NCBI GenBank assembly: GCA_965203445.1
Contig: OZ241883.1
Span: 1,536,001 to 1,600,000, forward strand
Origin: Candidatus Oxydemutator sp.
GTDB lineage: Bacteria; Pseudomonadota; Gammaproteobacteria; Poriferisulfidales; Oxydemutatoraceae
DNA length: 64,000 bases
Reading direction: 5' to 3'
Part shown: positions 40,435-50,343 of the stretch, in pieces
Layout of the letters: each line of letters opens with the position of its first letter
How positions within the stretch are numbered: the first letter of the stretch is position 1
Position numbers and translations under genes: made by a program
The notes under the pieces: generated by a model
Database searches by the model: none
What the model was told of the DNA's origin: nothing
The model's input: only the letters and a program-made list of their open reading frames with translations

Positions 40435-41244
40435 ATGACCGAAGGTGCCGTGACGGAACCGGAGCGCCGCACGTTGGCGGTGCTCGCGGCCATGAAGGCC
40501 GCGCGCGAGCCGATCGCGTGCCTGACCGCGTACGACGCGACGTTCGCGCGCGCGATGGACGCCGCCGGAGTGGATCTGGTGCTGGTCGGCGACTCGCTTG
40601 GCATGGTCGTGCAGGGGCGGCGCACGACGATCCCGGTGTCCGTGCGCGACGTCGCCTACCATTGTCGCTGCGTGGGGCGCGTCGTCGAGCGCGCGATGGT
40701 CGCCGCGGACCTGCCTTTCCTGAGCTGCCCGACGCCGGCGCAGGCGCTCGCCGGCGCCAGGCGCCTGATGCAGAGCGGCGCGCAGATCGTCAAGTTGGAG
40801 GCGGCCGAGGGGGCGCCGCAGATCATCGCCGCGTTGAGCGGCCAGGGCGTGCCGGTGTGCGCCCACGTCGGCTTGAAACCGCAATCGGTGCACAAATTGG
40901 GCGGGCTGCACAGGCAGGGCGAAGATCCGGCGTCCGCCGAGATGCTCGTGCGCCAAGCCGAGGAATGCGTCGCGCACGGCGCCGACCTGGTGCTGGCCGA
41001 GTACGTGCCGGAAGAGTTGGGCGGGCGTCTTGCGCGCACGCTTGCGGTGCCAGTCATCGGCATCGGCGCCGGCCGCGATTGCGACGGCCAGATCCTGGTC
41101 ATGCACGACGTGCTGGGGGTCAACCCGCGGGCGCCGAAATTCGCCGGGAATTTCCTGCGCGACGGCGCTTCGATAAAGGGCGCGTTTGCGGCGTACGTGC
41201 GCGCCGTCAAGGCGCGCGACTTCCCGCCCGCGGCGCGCGCTTGA
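40435..41244 (+). CDS. panB: 3-methyl-2-oxobutanoate hydroxymethyltransferase
   Basis: LTAYDA, LVGDSLGM, DLPFLS, VKLE, HVGL.PQ, IGIGAG..CDGQILV. Confidence 0.96.
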   Translation: MTEGAVTEPERRTLAVLAAMKAAREPIACLTAYDATFARAMDAAGVDLVLVGDSLGMVVQGRRTTIPVSVRDVAYHCRCVGRVVERAMVAADLPFLSCPTPAQALAGARRLMQSGAQIVKLEAAEGAPQIIAALSGQGVPVCAHVGLKPQSVHKLGGLHRQGEDPASAEMLVRQAEECVAHGADLVLAEYVPEELGGRLARTLAVPVIGIGAGRDCDGQILVMHDVLGVNPRAPKFAGNFLRDGASIKGAFAAYVRAVKARDFPPAARA

Positions 41245-41269
41245 ACGCGGCGCGCGCACCGGTTTCGGC

Positions 41270-42142
41270 GTGTTGCGGGTAACCGCCGCGGGCGCGGCGC
41301 GCGCGCGCGCGCGGCAATGGCGCGAGGCCGGCGCGCGTATCGTGCTGGTGCCGACCATGGGCAACCTGCACCGGGGCCACCTGGCGTTGATCGAGCGCGC
41401 CAGGCGCGAGGCCGGGCGGGTCGCGGTCAGCCTGTTCGTGAACCCGCTGCAATTCGACCGCGCCGATGATTTTGCGGCCTATCCGCGCAGCGAGGAGCGC
41501 GATCTGAGGCTGCTCGAGGAACACCGGGCCGATCTGGCGTTCGTGCCGCCGCGCGACGAGATTTGCCCGCCCGCGTCGAGCGCGCTGGGCGCCGTCACGG
41601 CCGGGGCGCTCGCGGCCGACCTGTGCGGCGCCCGCCGCCGCGGCCACTTCGACGGCGTCGCCGTCATCGTCGCGTCGTTGTTCGATCTGTTCCGCCCGCA
41701 CGCGGCCGTGTTCGGCGAGAAGGACTATCAGCAGCTGTGCATCGTGCGCGACCTCGCGGCGCGTCTCGCGGCGCGCCTCGGTTACGTCGTCGACGTCGTC
41801 GCGGTGCCGACCGTGCGCGCCGCCGACGGTTTGGCGCTGAGCTCCCGAAACGCGTACCTGACGCCGCAGCAGAGGTGCGGCGCGCCCGCCCTCTACCGCA
41901 ATTTGCAGTGGCTTGCCGCGCGCGTGCGCGCCGGGTGCCGCGATACCGGGGCGCTGGCCGCGCAGGCGCGCCGCCGGCTCGCGGCCGCCGGCCTGCGTCC
42001 CGAGTACGTCGAGGTGCGCAACGCGCTGACGCTGGCGCCGCCGCGCGCCGCCGACGAGGCGTTGGTCGTGCTGGCCGCGGCCTGGCTCGGCAAGGCGCGG
42101 CTGATAGACAACGTCACGGTGCGCCGCGAGGCGTCGTCGTAG
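41270..42142 (+). CDS. panC: Pantoate--beta-alanine ligase (start approximate)
   Basis: VPTMGNLHRGH, SLFVNPLQF, GHFDGV, FGEKDYQQ, DGLALSSRN.YL, RLIDN. Confidence 0.95.
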   Translation: MLRVTAAGAARARARQWREAGARIVLVPTMGNLHRGHLALIERARREAGRVAVSLFVNPLQFDRADDFAAYPRSEERDLRLLEEHRADLAFVPPRDEICPPASSALGAVTAGALAADLCGARRRGHFDGVAVIVASLFDLFRPHAAVFGEKDYQQLCIVRDLAARLAARLGYVVDVVAVPTVRAADGLALSSRNAYLTPQQRCGAPALYRNLQWLAARVRAGCRDTGALAAQARRRLAAAGLRPEYVEVRNALTLAPPRAADEALVVLAAAWLGKARLIDNVTVRREASS

Positions 42143-42165
42143 CGGCGCGTCTGCGGCCGCGGCCG

Positions 42166-43830
42166 TCAGGTGTGCCGATAGTGCAGCAGCAGCAGCAGCG
42201 CCAGTGTGCCGAGGATGAGCGCGAACAACAGCGACGATCTGGTCGCGTGGCGCGCGCCGCCCGCGAGCGCCGCGTAGAGCGCGCGGCGCGGAATGCGCCC
42301 GCGCAGCGCGCGCCACGCGGCCACGGCCGGCGCCAGCGCCGCGCCGAGCAGCGCCGGCAGCGCGCGGTAGAACCAGTCGGTGTCGAGGCTGATCGTCGCC
42401 GTGCGCCTCAGCCACGGCAGCAGCAGGAAGAACGCCAGCGCCGACGGCAGCAGCAGTTGCAGCTGTGCCAGCACGTGCGCGACGGTGTACGGCGCGTAGT
42501 CCACCGGGTGCGGCAGCAGGCCGTAGAGCAGCGACGGGAAGACGCCGACCGTCAGGCACAGCAGCGCGAACAAAATCATCGCCAGCTGCATGTTGATCGG
42601 CGGGTCGTACGGTTCGCCGCCGCCCGGCCGTCTTTGGAAAAACACGAACCACGGGAACTTGATGCCGGCGTGCAGAAACACGCCGGCACTGGCCGCGAGC
42701 AGCGCAAGCCAGGTGTACGTCATCGCCGTGGCGTGCGCCGCCTCGCTGATCAGCGCCTTCGACACGAAGCCGGAGGTCAGCGGCACCGCCGAGATCGAGA
42801 CCGCGCCTACGACGCCGCAGATCGTCGTCACCTTCATCGTCTGGTAGAGGCCGCCGAGTTCGGTGCACTTGCGGCGCCCGCTCATGTAGAGCACGCTGCC
42901 CGCCGACATCAGCAGCAGCGCCTTGTAGATCACGTGCGCCGAGGCATGGGCGGCGGCGCCGTTGACCGCGGTCTCGGTGCCGATGCCGGCGCCGACGACC
43001 ATGAAGCCGACCTGGTTGACGATGCTGTAGGCGAGGATGCGGCGCATGTCGTTCTCGAGCAGCGCGTAGACGATGCCGTAGAAGATCATGTACAGGCCGA
43101 CGGGCACGAGCACGCCGCTGCCGGCGAACGCCGCGAGCAGCGCATAGACCGCCGACTTGGTGGTGAACGCGGCCAGAAACACCATGCCGCCGGGGCTGGC
43201 CTCGGGGTAGGCGTCGGCGACCCACGCCGACAACGGCGGCGCGCCGGCGTTGATCAGGATGCCCGCGAGTATCATCCATCCGTGCGGGGTGTCGAGCGCG
43301 ACCGGGCGCAGCGTGGCGTCGCCGCTTTCGACGACCAGCCCGACGATGCCGTAGAGCAGCACGACGCCGCCCAGCACGTGCAGCAGCGCGTAGCGTTTGC
43401 CGGCCGCGGCCGCGGCCGGCGTCGCCGCGCTGAAGATGATCAGCGCCGAGGCCGCGGCCATCAGTTCCCAGAACACGAAGAACGTGATGAAATCCCCGCA
43501 CAACGTGAGCGTGATCGCGCTGCCGGCGCACGTCAGGGCGCCGGCAAGCTCGCTTTTTTTCGCCTGGCGCAGCGCGAACAACGTGCCGCCTAACGCCATC
43601 AGCGAGAACGTGATCGCAAACAGGCGTCCCAGTGCCGTCACCTCGAGCGGCGCCACCGTGTGTCCCAGAAAGCGCAGGCGCAGCGCCGCGCCCTCCGGCA
43701 GCAGCAGCGCCAGCAGCAAGGCCGCCAGCGGCGCCAGCAGCAGCCACGCCCGGGCGCGCCCGGCGACGCATACCAGCGGTGCCGCGATCAGCAGCACCAG
43801 GCCGGGGGGGATGAGCATCCAGCCGGTCAT
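42166..43830 (-). CDS. Mrp/Mnh-type cation:proton antiporter large subunit (MrpD/NuoM-like)
   Basis: FVFWELMA, WVADAYP, FTTKSAVY, RRILAYS, YKALLLM, GFVSK. Confidence 0.88.
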   Translation of the reverse strand: MTGWMLIPPGLVLLIAAPLVCVAGRARAWLLLAPLAALLLALLLPEGAALRLRFLGHTVAPLEVTALGRLFAITFSLMALGGTLFALRQAKKSELAGALTCAGSAITLTLCGDFITFFVFWELMAAASALIIFSAATPAAAAAGKRYALLHVLGGVVLLYGIVGLVVESGDATLRPVALDTPHGWMILAGILINAGAPPLSAWVADAYPEASPGGMVFLAAFTTKSAVYALLAAFAGSGVLVPVGLYMIFYGIVYALLENDMRRILAYSIVNQVGFMVVGAGIGTETAVNGAAAHASAHVIYKALLLMSAGSVLYMSGRRKCTELGGLYQTMKVTTICGVVGAVSISAVPLTSGFVSKALISEAAHATAMTYTWLALLAASAGVFLHAGIKFPWFVFFQRRPGGGEPYDPPINMQLAMILFALLCLTVGVFPSLLYGLLPHPVDYAPYTVAHVLAQLQLLLPSALAFFLLLPWLRRTATISLDTDWFYRALPALLGAALAPAVAAWRALRGRIPRRALYAALAGGARHATRSSLLFALILGTLALLLLLHYRHT

Positions 43831-43836
43831 CGCCGG

Positions 43837-44037
43837 TTAATCGTCATAGTAGTCGTCCTTGCGCTTGACCAGTTTGCCGAGCGCCAGCGCGCCGATGATG
43901 AGGCCGACGCAGGTTGCGAATCCGAACCAGGCGTAGAAGCCGAAGACCGCGTCGGAATAGCCGCCGCTCATCGCTTCGAGCAACAGCAGCAGCGCGATAC
44001 CCGCGCCGATCACCGCGAATACGGGTTTCAGGTTCAC
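43837..44037 (-). CDS. Small two-TM membrane protein in the Mrp operon
   Basis: GTG start coupled to the upstream stop; GFYAWFGF..CV...LVKRKDDYYDD. Confidence 0.75.
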   Translation of the reverse strand: MNLKPVFAVIGAGIALLLLLEAMSGGYSDAVFGFYAWFGFATCVGLIIGALALGKLVKRKDDYYDD

Positions 44038-45500
44038 GGCGCCGCTCCCGCGAGCGCGGCGGCGCCCGTCGCCGGCGCCGCGAAAGCGACGACCGCGTCG
44101 GCCGCGAACAACAGCGCGGCGCAAAACAACGCCGGTATCAGCATCGCGATCAGCATCGCCGCCGGCGCCTCGCCGTGCGCGGCGTCGCCGCCCGCGGCGT
44201 CCATGAAAAAGGCACGGTAGAGCACCGGCACCAGGTAGGCCGCGCTCAGGGCGCTGCCGGCGATCAGCACCGCGGCCGCGAAGTAATCGTCGCCGGCGAC
44301 CGCGCCTTCCAACAGAAACCACTTGCCGACGAAGCCCGCGAGCGGCGGCAGGCCGATGATCGCGAGCGCCGCCACCGCGAACAATCCCATGGTGCACGGC
44401 ATACGGCGTCCGATGCCGGCCATTTCGTCGAGGCGCGTCTTGCCGCTCGCGGTCTGAATCGCGCCGGCCGCGAAGAACAGCGTGATTTTTGCGAAGCCGT
44501 GCGCGAGCACGTGCAGCACCGCGCCGAGCAGCGCCGCCGGTTTCAGCAACGCCGCGCCGAGCAGGATGTAGGAGAGCTGGCTTACGGTCGAATACGCGAG
44601 CATTTTTTTGAGGCTGACCTGGCGCAGCGCCATCAGCGACGCGGCGATGATCGTAAAACCCGCGGCGTAGGCCAGCCACCGGCCGCCGTCTTCCAGCAGC
44701 TCGGTGCCGAAGACGTAGAGCACGCTCTTGATGATCACGAACACGCCGGCCTTGACCACGGCGACCGCGTGCAGCAGCGCGCTGACCGGCACCGGCGCGA
44801 CCATCGCGCGCGGCAGCCAGCGGTGCAGCGGCATCAGCGCGGCCTTGGAGGCGCCGAACGCGACGAGCAATAGCAACCACGTCGCCTGCGTCGTATCGAG
44901 GTGTTCGGCGAGGATGCCGCCGGGCGTGAAATCGAGCGTGCCGGCGACGTGGTAAATCCAGACGATCGCGGGCAGCAGCAGCAGCGCCGACGAGCCGACC
45001 AGGACGCCGAGATACACCCGTCCGGCGGCGAGCGCGTCGGCGCTCCTGTCGTGGGTGACCAGCGGATACGTGCACAGCGTCAGCGCCTCGTAGAAAATGA
45101 ACAGCGTCAGCAGGTTGTCCGCGAACGCGACGCCCAGCGCGCAGCCGATGGCTACGTTGTAGTACGTCAGAAACGACGTGATTCGGCGCACCTTGTTCTG
45201 GTGCAGATACGCCAGCGAGTAGAGCATGCTGAGCGGCCACAACACGCACACCAGGGCCGCGAACACCAGGCCCACCGGCTCCGGCGCGAACGCGATGCCG
45301 GCGCCTTCGACGATTTGCGCGACGTGCACGGTCGTTTGCGGCTGCATCGTAAGCAGCGCCAGCGCCGCCGGCGAGACGAACGGCAGCAACAGGTTCGCGG
45401 CGTCGCGCACGCGCGGCCAGCGCCGGCACGACGCGCTGATCGCGGCCAGCGCGAACGGGCTTGCGAGGCACGCGCTCAGCAGCGTCTGCGCCGCGGTCAT
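44034..45500 (-). CDS. Mrp-type antiporter large subunit (MrpD or MrpA N-terminal-like)
   Basis: FIFYEALT, KAALMPLHRWLP.AMVAP.PVSALLHAVAVVKAG, LAYSTVSQLSY, HGFAKITLF. Confidence 0.9.
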   Translation of the reverse strand: MTAAQTLLSACLASPFALAAISASCRRWPRVRDAANLLLPFVSPAALALLTMQPQTTVHVAQIVEGAGIAFAPEPVGLVFAALVCVLWPLSMLYSLAYLHQNKVRRITSFLTYYNVAIGCALGVAFADNLLTLFIFYEALTLCTYPLVTHDRSADALAAGRVYLGVLVGSSALLLLPAIVWIYHVAGTLDFTPGGILAEHLDTTQATWLLLLVAFGASKAALMPLHRWLPRAMVAPVPVSALLHAVAVVKAGVFVIIKSVLYVFGTELLEDGGRWLAYAAGFTIIAASLMALRQVSLKKMLAYSTVSQLSYILLGAALLKPAALLGAVLHVLAHGFAKITLFFAAGAIQTASGKTRLDEMAGIGRRMPCTMGLFAVAALAIIGLPPLAGFVGKWFLLEGAVAGDDYFAAAVLIAGSALSAAYLVPVLYRAFFMDAAGGDAAHGEAPAAMLIAMLIPALFCAALLFAADAVVAFAAPATGAAALAGAAP

Positions 45501-45513
45501 CGCCCGTTTCCAG

Positions 45514-46986
45514 TCAGCGCAGCAGCGCCGCGCCCGCGTCGAGGCAGGCGCGCGTCAGCCACGACGGTTGAACGCCGACGAACAGATTGACGCCGACCAG
45601 GGCCCAGGTCGCCGCCAGCATGGCCGGCGGCGCCTCGCCGGCGCGCCCCTCGCGCTCCGGCGCGGGTTCGCGGAAATAGGCGGCCTCGATCAGGCGCCAG
45701 CCGTAGGCGAGACTCAGCAGCGACCCGGCGAGCACGACGAACGCGAGCAGCCACGCCTGCGTCTCGAGCACCGCGATCACCAGGTACCATTTGCTGATGA
45801 AGCCCGAGGTCAACGGTATGCCGACGAGGCTGATGGCGCCGACGACGATCGCCGCCGCGCTCCACGGCATCCGTCGCGACAGCCCCGCCAGATCCGAAAG
45901 GTCGGCGGCGCCGAGCCGCCACACCACGCAGCCGAGCGCCATGAACAGCGACGCCTTGATGACCGCGTGGTTGAACACGTGCACCAGGCCCGCGGCGACG
46001 CCGGCGTGCGTCGCCAGACCGAGGCCGAGCGCGATGTAGCCGACTTGCGCGACGCTGGAGTACGCCATCATGCGCTTGACCTGCCGTTGCCGGAAGGCCG
46101 TCACCGAACCGACGACGATGGCCGCGGGCGCCAGCACCAGCAGCGCGTCGGTCAGCGGCGGCGCGCGCGCGTCGGCGTCGAAGATCTGGAACAGGACGCG
46201 CGCCAGCAGAAACAGAGCGATTTTGGTGCTGCTGCCGGAAAGCACCGCGACGATCGCCGACGGCGCGTGGGTGTAGGCGTTCGGCAGCCACGGGTGCAGC
46301 GGAAACAGCGCGGCCTTCAGCAAAAGCCCGGCGCCGATGAAGCTGGCCGCGGCCACCACCGCCGGCGACGTCGGCGGCATCCGCGCCGCCACGTCCGACA
46401 GGTTCAGCGTGCCGGTCAACAGATAGAGATAGCCTATGCCAAGCAGGAACAGCGCGGCGCCGACGGTGCCCATCAGCAGGTAGCGGTAGGCGGCGGTCAG
46501 GGCCCTGGGCGTGCGCGCCGCCGCCACCAGCGCGTAGCCCGCTATCGAGGCCATCTCGAGAAACACGAAGATGTTGAACAGGTCGTCGCTCAGGGCGACG
46601 CCGAAGAAACCGGACTGGCAGATGAGCAGCGCCGCGTACACCGGGTAGAGGCGCCGCCGCGGCAGCTCGCGCGCGAGGCTGCGCCCGGCGTAGAGGACGC
46701 CGGTTACGAACACCACGCCCAGCAGCAGCGCCATCAATGCGTTGATTTGCGCGACCCTGTAGGCGATGCCCCACGGCGGCGGCCAGCCGCCGACGGCGTA
46801 GTCGAGCACGTCGCCGCCGGCGGTGCGCGCGAACAGCACCAGCGACGCCGCCAGCGCGCCCGCGCCGATGACCAGCGTCGTCGCGCGCACCGCGCGCGCG
46901 TCGCGCAGCAGCAGGCACAGCGCGGCGCCTATCAGCGGCACGACGACCAGCAGCAGCGGCAGCTGGGCGAGCAGTGCGTCGTTCAC
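45514..46986 (-). CDS. mrpD: Mrp-type antiporter subunit D
   Basis: GGWPPPWGI, DLFNIFVFLE, KAALFPLHPWLPNAY, AYSSVAQVGY, NHAVIKASLF, GFISKW. Confidence 0.9.
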   Translation of the reverse strand: MNDALLAQLPLLLVVVPLIGAALCLLLRDARAVRATTLVIGAGALAASLVLFARTAGGDVLDYAVGGWPPPWGIAYRVAQINALMALLLGVVFVTGVLYAGRSLARELPRRRLYPVYAALLICQSGFFGVALSDDLFNIFVFLEMASIAGYALVAAARTPRALTAAYRYLLMGTVGAALFLLGIGYLYLLTGTLNLSDVAARMPPTSPAVVAAASFIGAGLLLKAALFPLHPWLPNAYTHAPSAIVAVLSGSSTKIALFLLARVLFQIFDADARAPPLTDALLVLAPAAIVVGSVTAFRQRQVKRMMAYSSVAQVGYIALGLGLATHAGVAAGLVHVFNHAVIKASLFMALGCVVWRLGAADLSDLAGLSRRMPWSAAAIVVGAISLVGIPLTSGFISKWYLVIAVLETQAWLLAFVVLAGSLLSLAYGWRLIEAAYFREPAPEREGRAGEAPPAMLAATWALVGVNLFVGVQPSWLTRACLDAGAALLR

Positions 46987-47001
46987 CGGCCGCGTACGCG
47001 C

Positions 47002-47364
47002 TCAATCGCGCGCGCGTTCGAGTTCCCCGATCAGACGGTCGTCGAGACTGCCGTACGCGCGGTTGATGCGGATCGCAAGCGCCAGCCCGAGCGCGGTCGA
47101 GGCGACGCCGACCACGATCGCCGTCAGGATCAACACGTGCGGCAGCGGGTTGGAATAGACCGCGACCGCCGGCGTCAGGATCGGGGCGCTGCCGTCGCCC
47201 ACCTTGCCCATCAGGATGAAGAACAGGAACACCGCCGTTTGCAGCAGGTTCAGGCCGATCAGCTTCTTCACCAGGTTGTCGTAGGCTATCAGCACGTAGA
47301 AGCCGGCCATCATCAGGAACACGATGGCGAGGTGGTGATAGCCTTGCAGCAGTTTTTCAATCAC
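47002..47364 (-). CDS. mrpC: Mrp antiporter subunit C
   Basis: NLVKKLIGL, NPLPHVLILTAIVVG. Confidence 0.93.
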   Translation of the reverse strand: MIEKLLQGYHHLAIVFLMMAGFYVLIAYDNLVKKLIGLNLLQTAVFLFFILMGKVGDGSAPILTPAVAVYSNPLPHVLILTAIVVGVASTALGLALAIRINRAYGSLDDRLIGELERARD

Positions 47365-47791
47365 GCGCGGCCGCGTCCATCAGCAGGTAAAATATCAACA
47401 TGACGACGCCTGCGATGGTCACGCCGACGCCGAGTTCGATCGCGAAGATGCCCAGGTGTTGTCCCGACAGCGGCTCTTCCGCCAGCACCGTGTAGTCGAG
47501 GAAGGCGCCGCCGCGCGCGATGCCGGCGACGCCGGTCAGCGCGTAGAGCAACACGCCCGCCGCCGCCAGCACCTCGGCGGTGCGTCGCGACAGCACCGCG
47601 CCGGCCCGCTCCACGCCGTAGGTCAGCGCGTAGAGTATCAGTCCGACCGCAAAGATGACGCCGGCCTGAAAGCCGCCGCCGGGGCCGTAGTCGCCGTGAA
47701 ACTGCACGTAGAGCGCGTAGAGCAGCGTCGTCGGCGCCAGCGTGTGGGCGGTCTCGCGCAGGATCGGGTTTCTGGTGATAAAGGTGGCCAC
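47357..47791 (-). CDS. mrpB: Mrp antiporter subunit B
   Basis: FHGDYGPGGGFQAG, ELGVG. Confidence 0.92.
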   Translation of the reverse strand: MATFITRNPILRETAHTLAPTTLLYALYVQFHGDYGPGGGFQAGVIFAVGLILYALTYGVERAGAVLSRRTAEVLAAAGVLLYALTGVAGIARGGAFLDYTVLAEEPLSGQHLGIFAIELGVGVTIAGVVMLIFYLLMDAAARD

Positions 47792-47792
47792 G

Positions 47793-48338
47793 TCACTTGC
47801 CGGCGTCGCGCGCCGCCGGCCCCAGACCGAGCACGATGAGGACGCCGACGCCGGCGGTGAAGATCACCGCGACCTCGCCCAGGGTGTCGAAGCCTCGGTA
47901 GCTTGCGAGCACCGACGTCACGACGTTCGGCGGCCCGACCTCGGCCGCCGAGTTCTCCAGATAATGGCGCGCGACGTGGTCGTGCAACGGCAGCGAGGCG
48001 TCGCCCAGGTACGGGAAGTCGAGCATCGAATAAAACATCAGCCAGCCGACGACGCCGGTCAGCGCCAGTGCCAGCGTCTTTCTCGACGCCGAGTACGCGT
48101 AGTGCGTGGCGGTGGCGGCGATGGTCGCGAGAAAGAATATCGTGCCGACGCCGGCGCCGACCGCGGCTTCGGTGAAGGCCACGTCCGGGGCGTCCAGCGC
48201 CAGGAACAGCGACGCGCTCAGCAGGCTCGACATGCCGGCCAGGAAGGCCGCCGAGAACAGGTTGTCGGTGCGCGCGATGATGACCGCCGTTATCGCCGCC
48301 AGGGTCAGCAGCGCACACGTCAGCAGTTGGCCGCTCAC
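47793..48338 (-). CDS. DUF4040/MrpA C-terminal-like subunit
   Basis: APDVAFTEAAVGAG, NVVTSVLASYRGFDTLGE. Confidence 0.9.
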   Translation of the reverse strand: MSGQLLTCALLTLAAITAVIIARTDNLFSAAFLAGMSSLLSASLFLALDAPDVAFTEAAVGAGVGTIFFLATIAATATHYAYSASRKTLALALTGVVGWLMFYSMLDFPYLGDASLPLHDHVARHYLENSAAEVGPPNVVTSVLASYRGFDTLGEVAVIFTAGVGVLIVLGLGPAARDAGK

Positions 48339-48350
48339 GCCGTCGCCTGC

Positions 48351-48671
48351 TTATTCGCCGGGTGCCGGAGGCACGGCGCGGTGTCGTAGATAGGTCTTGA
48401 AAATCGCGTGTATCGCCGCCGGCGCCGTGATCAGCAAAAATACGATGATCAACGCAAGCTTCAGCGACACCGGGTCGCCGCCCGAACGCTGGACGCCCGC
48501 CAGCGCCAGCGCGGCGATGATCTGCATCGTGCCGAACACGTCTATCAGGCTGGCGGCGTGCGCGCGCGTGGCGAAGTCCGGCATCCGCAGCATGCCGACG
48601 GCGCCGATCAGCACGAACGCGCAGCCCGAGACCGCGAGCATCCAGGCGGCGGCGTCAATCCACGGTGCCAT
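48351..48671 (-). CDS. mrpG: Mrp antiporter subunit G
   Basis: GAVGMLRMPDFATRAHAA, TAPAAIHA. Confidence 0.9.
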   Translation of the reverse strand: MAPWIDAAAWMLAVSGCAFVLIGAVGMLRMPDFATRAHAASLIDVFGTMQIIAALALAGVQRSGGDPVSLKLALIIVFLLITAPAAIHAIFKTYLRHRAVPPAPGE

Positions 48672-48954
48672 CGTCGCTCCGCGGCCGCGGCCAGCGCAAA
48701 CGGCGCTTGCTGAACAGGCGCAGGATGGCGATGGTCGCGACAAAATTGACGAGCGCGTAGAGCAGCGCGATGTCTATGAAATAGCCGCGCCCGGACAACG
48801 CCCCCAGGCCCGCGATCAGCGCGATCGCCAGCGTCCCGAACACGTTGATCGCGAGGATCTGGTCGAACAGTCCGGTGGCGCGCCAGGTGTGCACCAGTAC
48901 CAGCAGCATCGCCGCCGTCAGCGCCGCGACTATCATGACCGCCATCGCCGTCAC
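48655..48954 (-). CDS. mrpF: Mrp antiporter subunit F
   Basis: FDQILAINVFGT, DIALLYALVNF; GTGA overlap with the mrpE stop. Confidence 0.88.
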   Translation of the reverse strand: MTAMAVMIVAALTAAMLLVLVHTWRATGLFDQILAINVFGTLAIALIAGLGALSGRGYFIDIALLYALVNFVATIAILRLFSKRRLRWPRPRSDDGTVD

Positions 48955-49457
48955 CCGAGCCGCGACACCCGGGCCGCGAATTCGCCGCGCCGCAGATTTT
49001 GCGCCGCCTCTTCGCTCAGCGCGTGGACGCGAATGACGCCGTCGCCGAAGTCGGCGCTGATGGTGCCCGGCGTCAGCGTGATCGAGTTGGCCTGGACGAC
49101 GCGCGACAGCGCGCCGCCGGCCACCGCCTCGACCTCGACGAAGCACGGGCTGATCGGCAGCTTCGGATGCAGTATCCGGCGCGCCACGTCGCAGTTGGCG
49201 ACGACGATGCGCCACAGCAGCCATACCGCGTAGAGCGGCAGTCTCAGATAAAACCCGGCGCGGTGCCGCCCGGTGCCGATGACTCTCATGCGCGACGACA
49301 ACGCGGTTACAAGCGCCGCGCAGGCGCCGCCGAGCGCGACCATGGGTGCGGCGTAATGTCCGGAGAGCGCCAACCAGAAGCCGAGCAGCAGCAGGAAAAC
49401 CGCGCTTCGGTGCGCGCCACGCGGCGTTGTGCGCGCGCCGCCCCCGGTTTCGTTCAT
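48951..49457 (-). CDS. mrpE: Mrp antiporter subunit E
   Basis: FWLALSG, IVVANCDVA, ANSITLTPGT, VHAL. Confidence 0.92.
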   Translation of the reverse strand: MNETGGGARTTPRGAHRSAVFLLLLGFWLALSGHYAAPMVALGGACAALVTALSSRMRVIGTGRHRAGFYLRLPLYAVWLLWRIVVANCDVARRILHPKLPISPCFVEVEAVAGGALSRVVQANSITLTPGTISADFGDGVIRVHALSEEAAQNLRRGEFAARVSRLG

Positions 49458-49565
49458 GAGGTGCCGCGCGCGGTCGGGCCGCCGGCGCGGGAGATCGGAA
49501 AGGTCATGCGTCGGCATTATACAAAAGGCCGCGCGCCGCCGTAAGCGAGGTCGCGGCGGCGGCGC

Positions 49566-50339
49566 TCACGACGCTGCTCGGCGCCAGCGCACGACGGCGT
49601 CGCACAGGTCCTCGTCCAGCGGACTGGCGGCGACAATCGGCGGCGCGGTGAAACCCAGCTCCGCGTGCAGGCGCGTCATCGCGGGCGCACCGAGCGCGAC
49701 CGGGATCTTTTGCAGCGGCGGGCGTGACGCCGCGTCGGTCAGGTGCCACAGGTTGCGCAGACTGTGGTTGCTCGCCGACAGGATCACGCCGGGGTCGCCG
49801 GCGCCGCCGAAAGCCAGGCGCACGCCGGATGGCCGGCGCCGCCGATAGACTTCGGCGTAGTCTACGGCGACGCCGCGCGCGCGCAGCGTCCGCGCGAGCA
49901 ATTCGTTCCCGCCGGCGCCGCGAAACACCAGCACGCGGCCCGCGCCCAAGTTTTTCACCAGGTCGGTTTCAAGCAGCGCCTCGCTGCCGGTCATGCGCCC
50001 CGGATGGACGACGTCGCCGACGCCGAGGCGCCGCAATTCCTCGACGGTCGCGGTGCCGACCGCGGCCGTCGGCGCGCGCGGCGGCCATCCGGCGCCGGCG
50101 CGCCGCAGCAGATCGTATGCCGCCGCCACCGCGTTGCGGCTGACGAACACCAGCAGCCGATAACGCGCCAGCCCGCGCGCCACGGCGAGGTTCGCCGGGG
50201 TGTCGCTCAGGGGTATGATTTCGAGGCACGGGCGGCGGATGACTTCGGCGCCTTCGGCGGCCAACAGCGCCGACAGGCGCCCGGCGAGATGCGCCGGACG
50301 GGTGACCATCGCGCGCAGGCCTTTGAGAGGCGGCGTCAC
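49566..50339 (-). CDS. hemD: Uroporphyrinogen-III synthase
   Basis: VTRP, FVSRNAV, AVG.AT, SEALL, RGAGGNELL, EVYRR; downstream of hemC. Confidence 0.9.
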   Translation of the reverse strand: MTPPLKGLRAMVTRPAHLAGRLSALLAAEGAEVIRRPCLEIIPLSDTPANLAVARGLARYRLLVFVSRNAVAAAYDLLRRAGAGWPPRAPTAAVGTATVEELRRLGVGDVVHPGRMTGSEALLETDLVKNLGAGRVLVFRGAGGNELLARTLRARGVAVDYAEVYRRRRPSGVRLAFGGAGDPGVILSASNHSLRNLWHLTDAASRPPLQKIPVALGAPAMTRLHAELGFTAPPIVAASPLDEDLCDAVVRWRRAAS

Positions 50340-50343
50340 GCTC

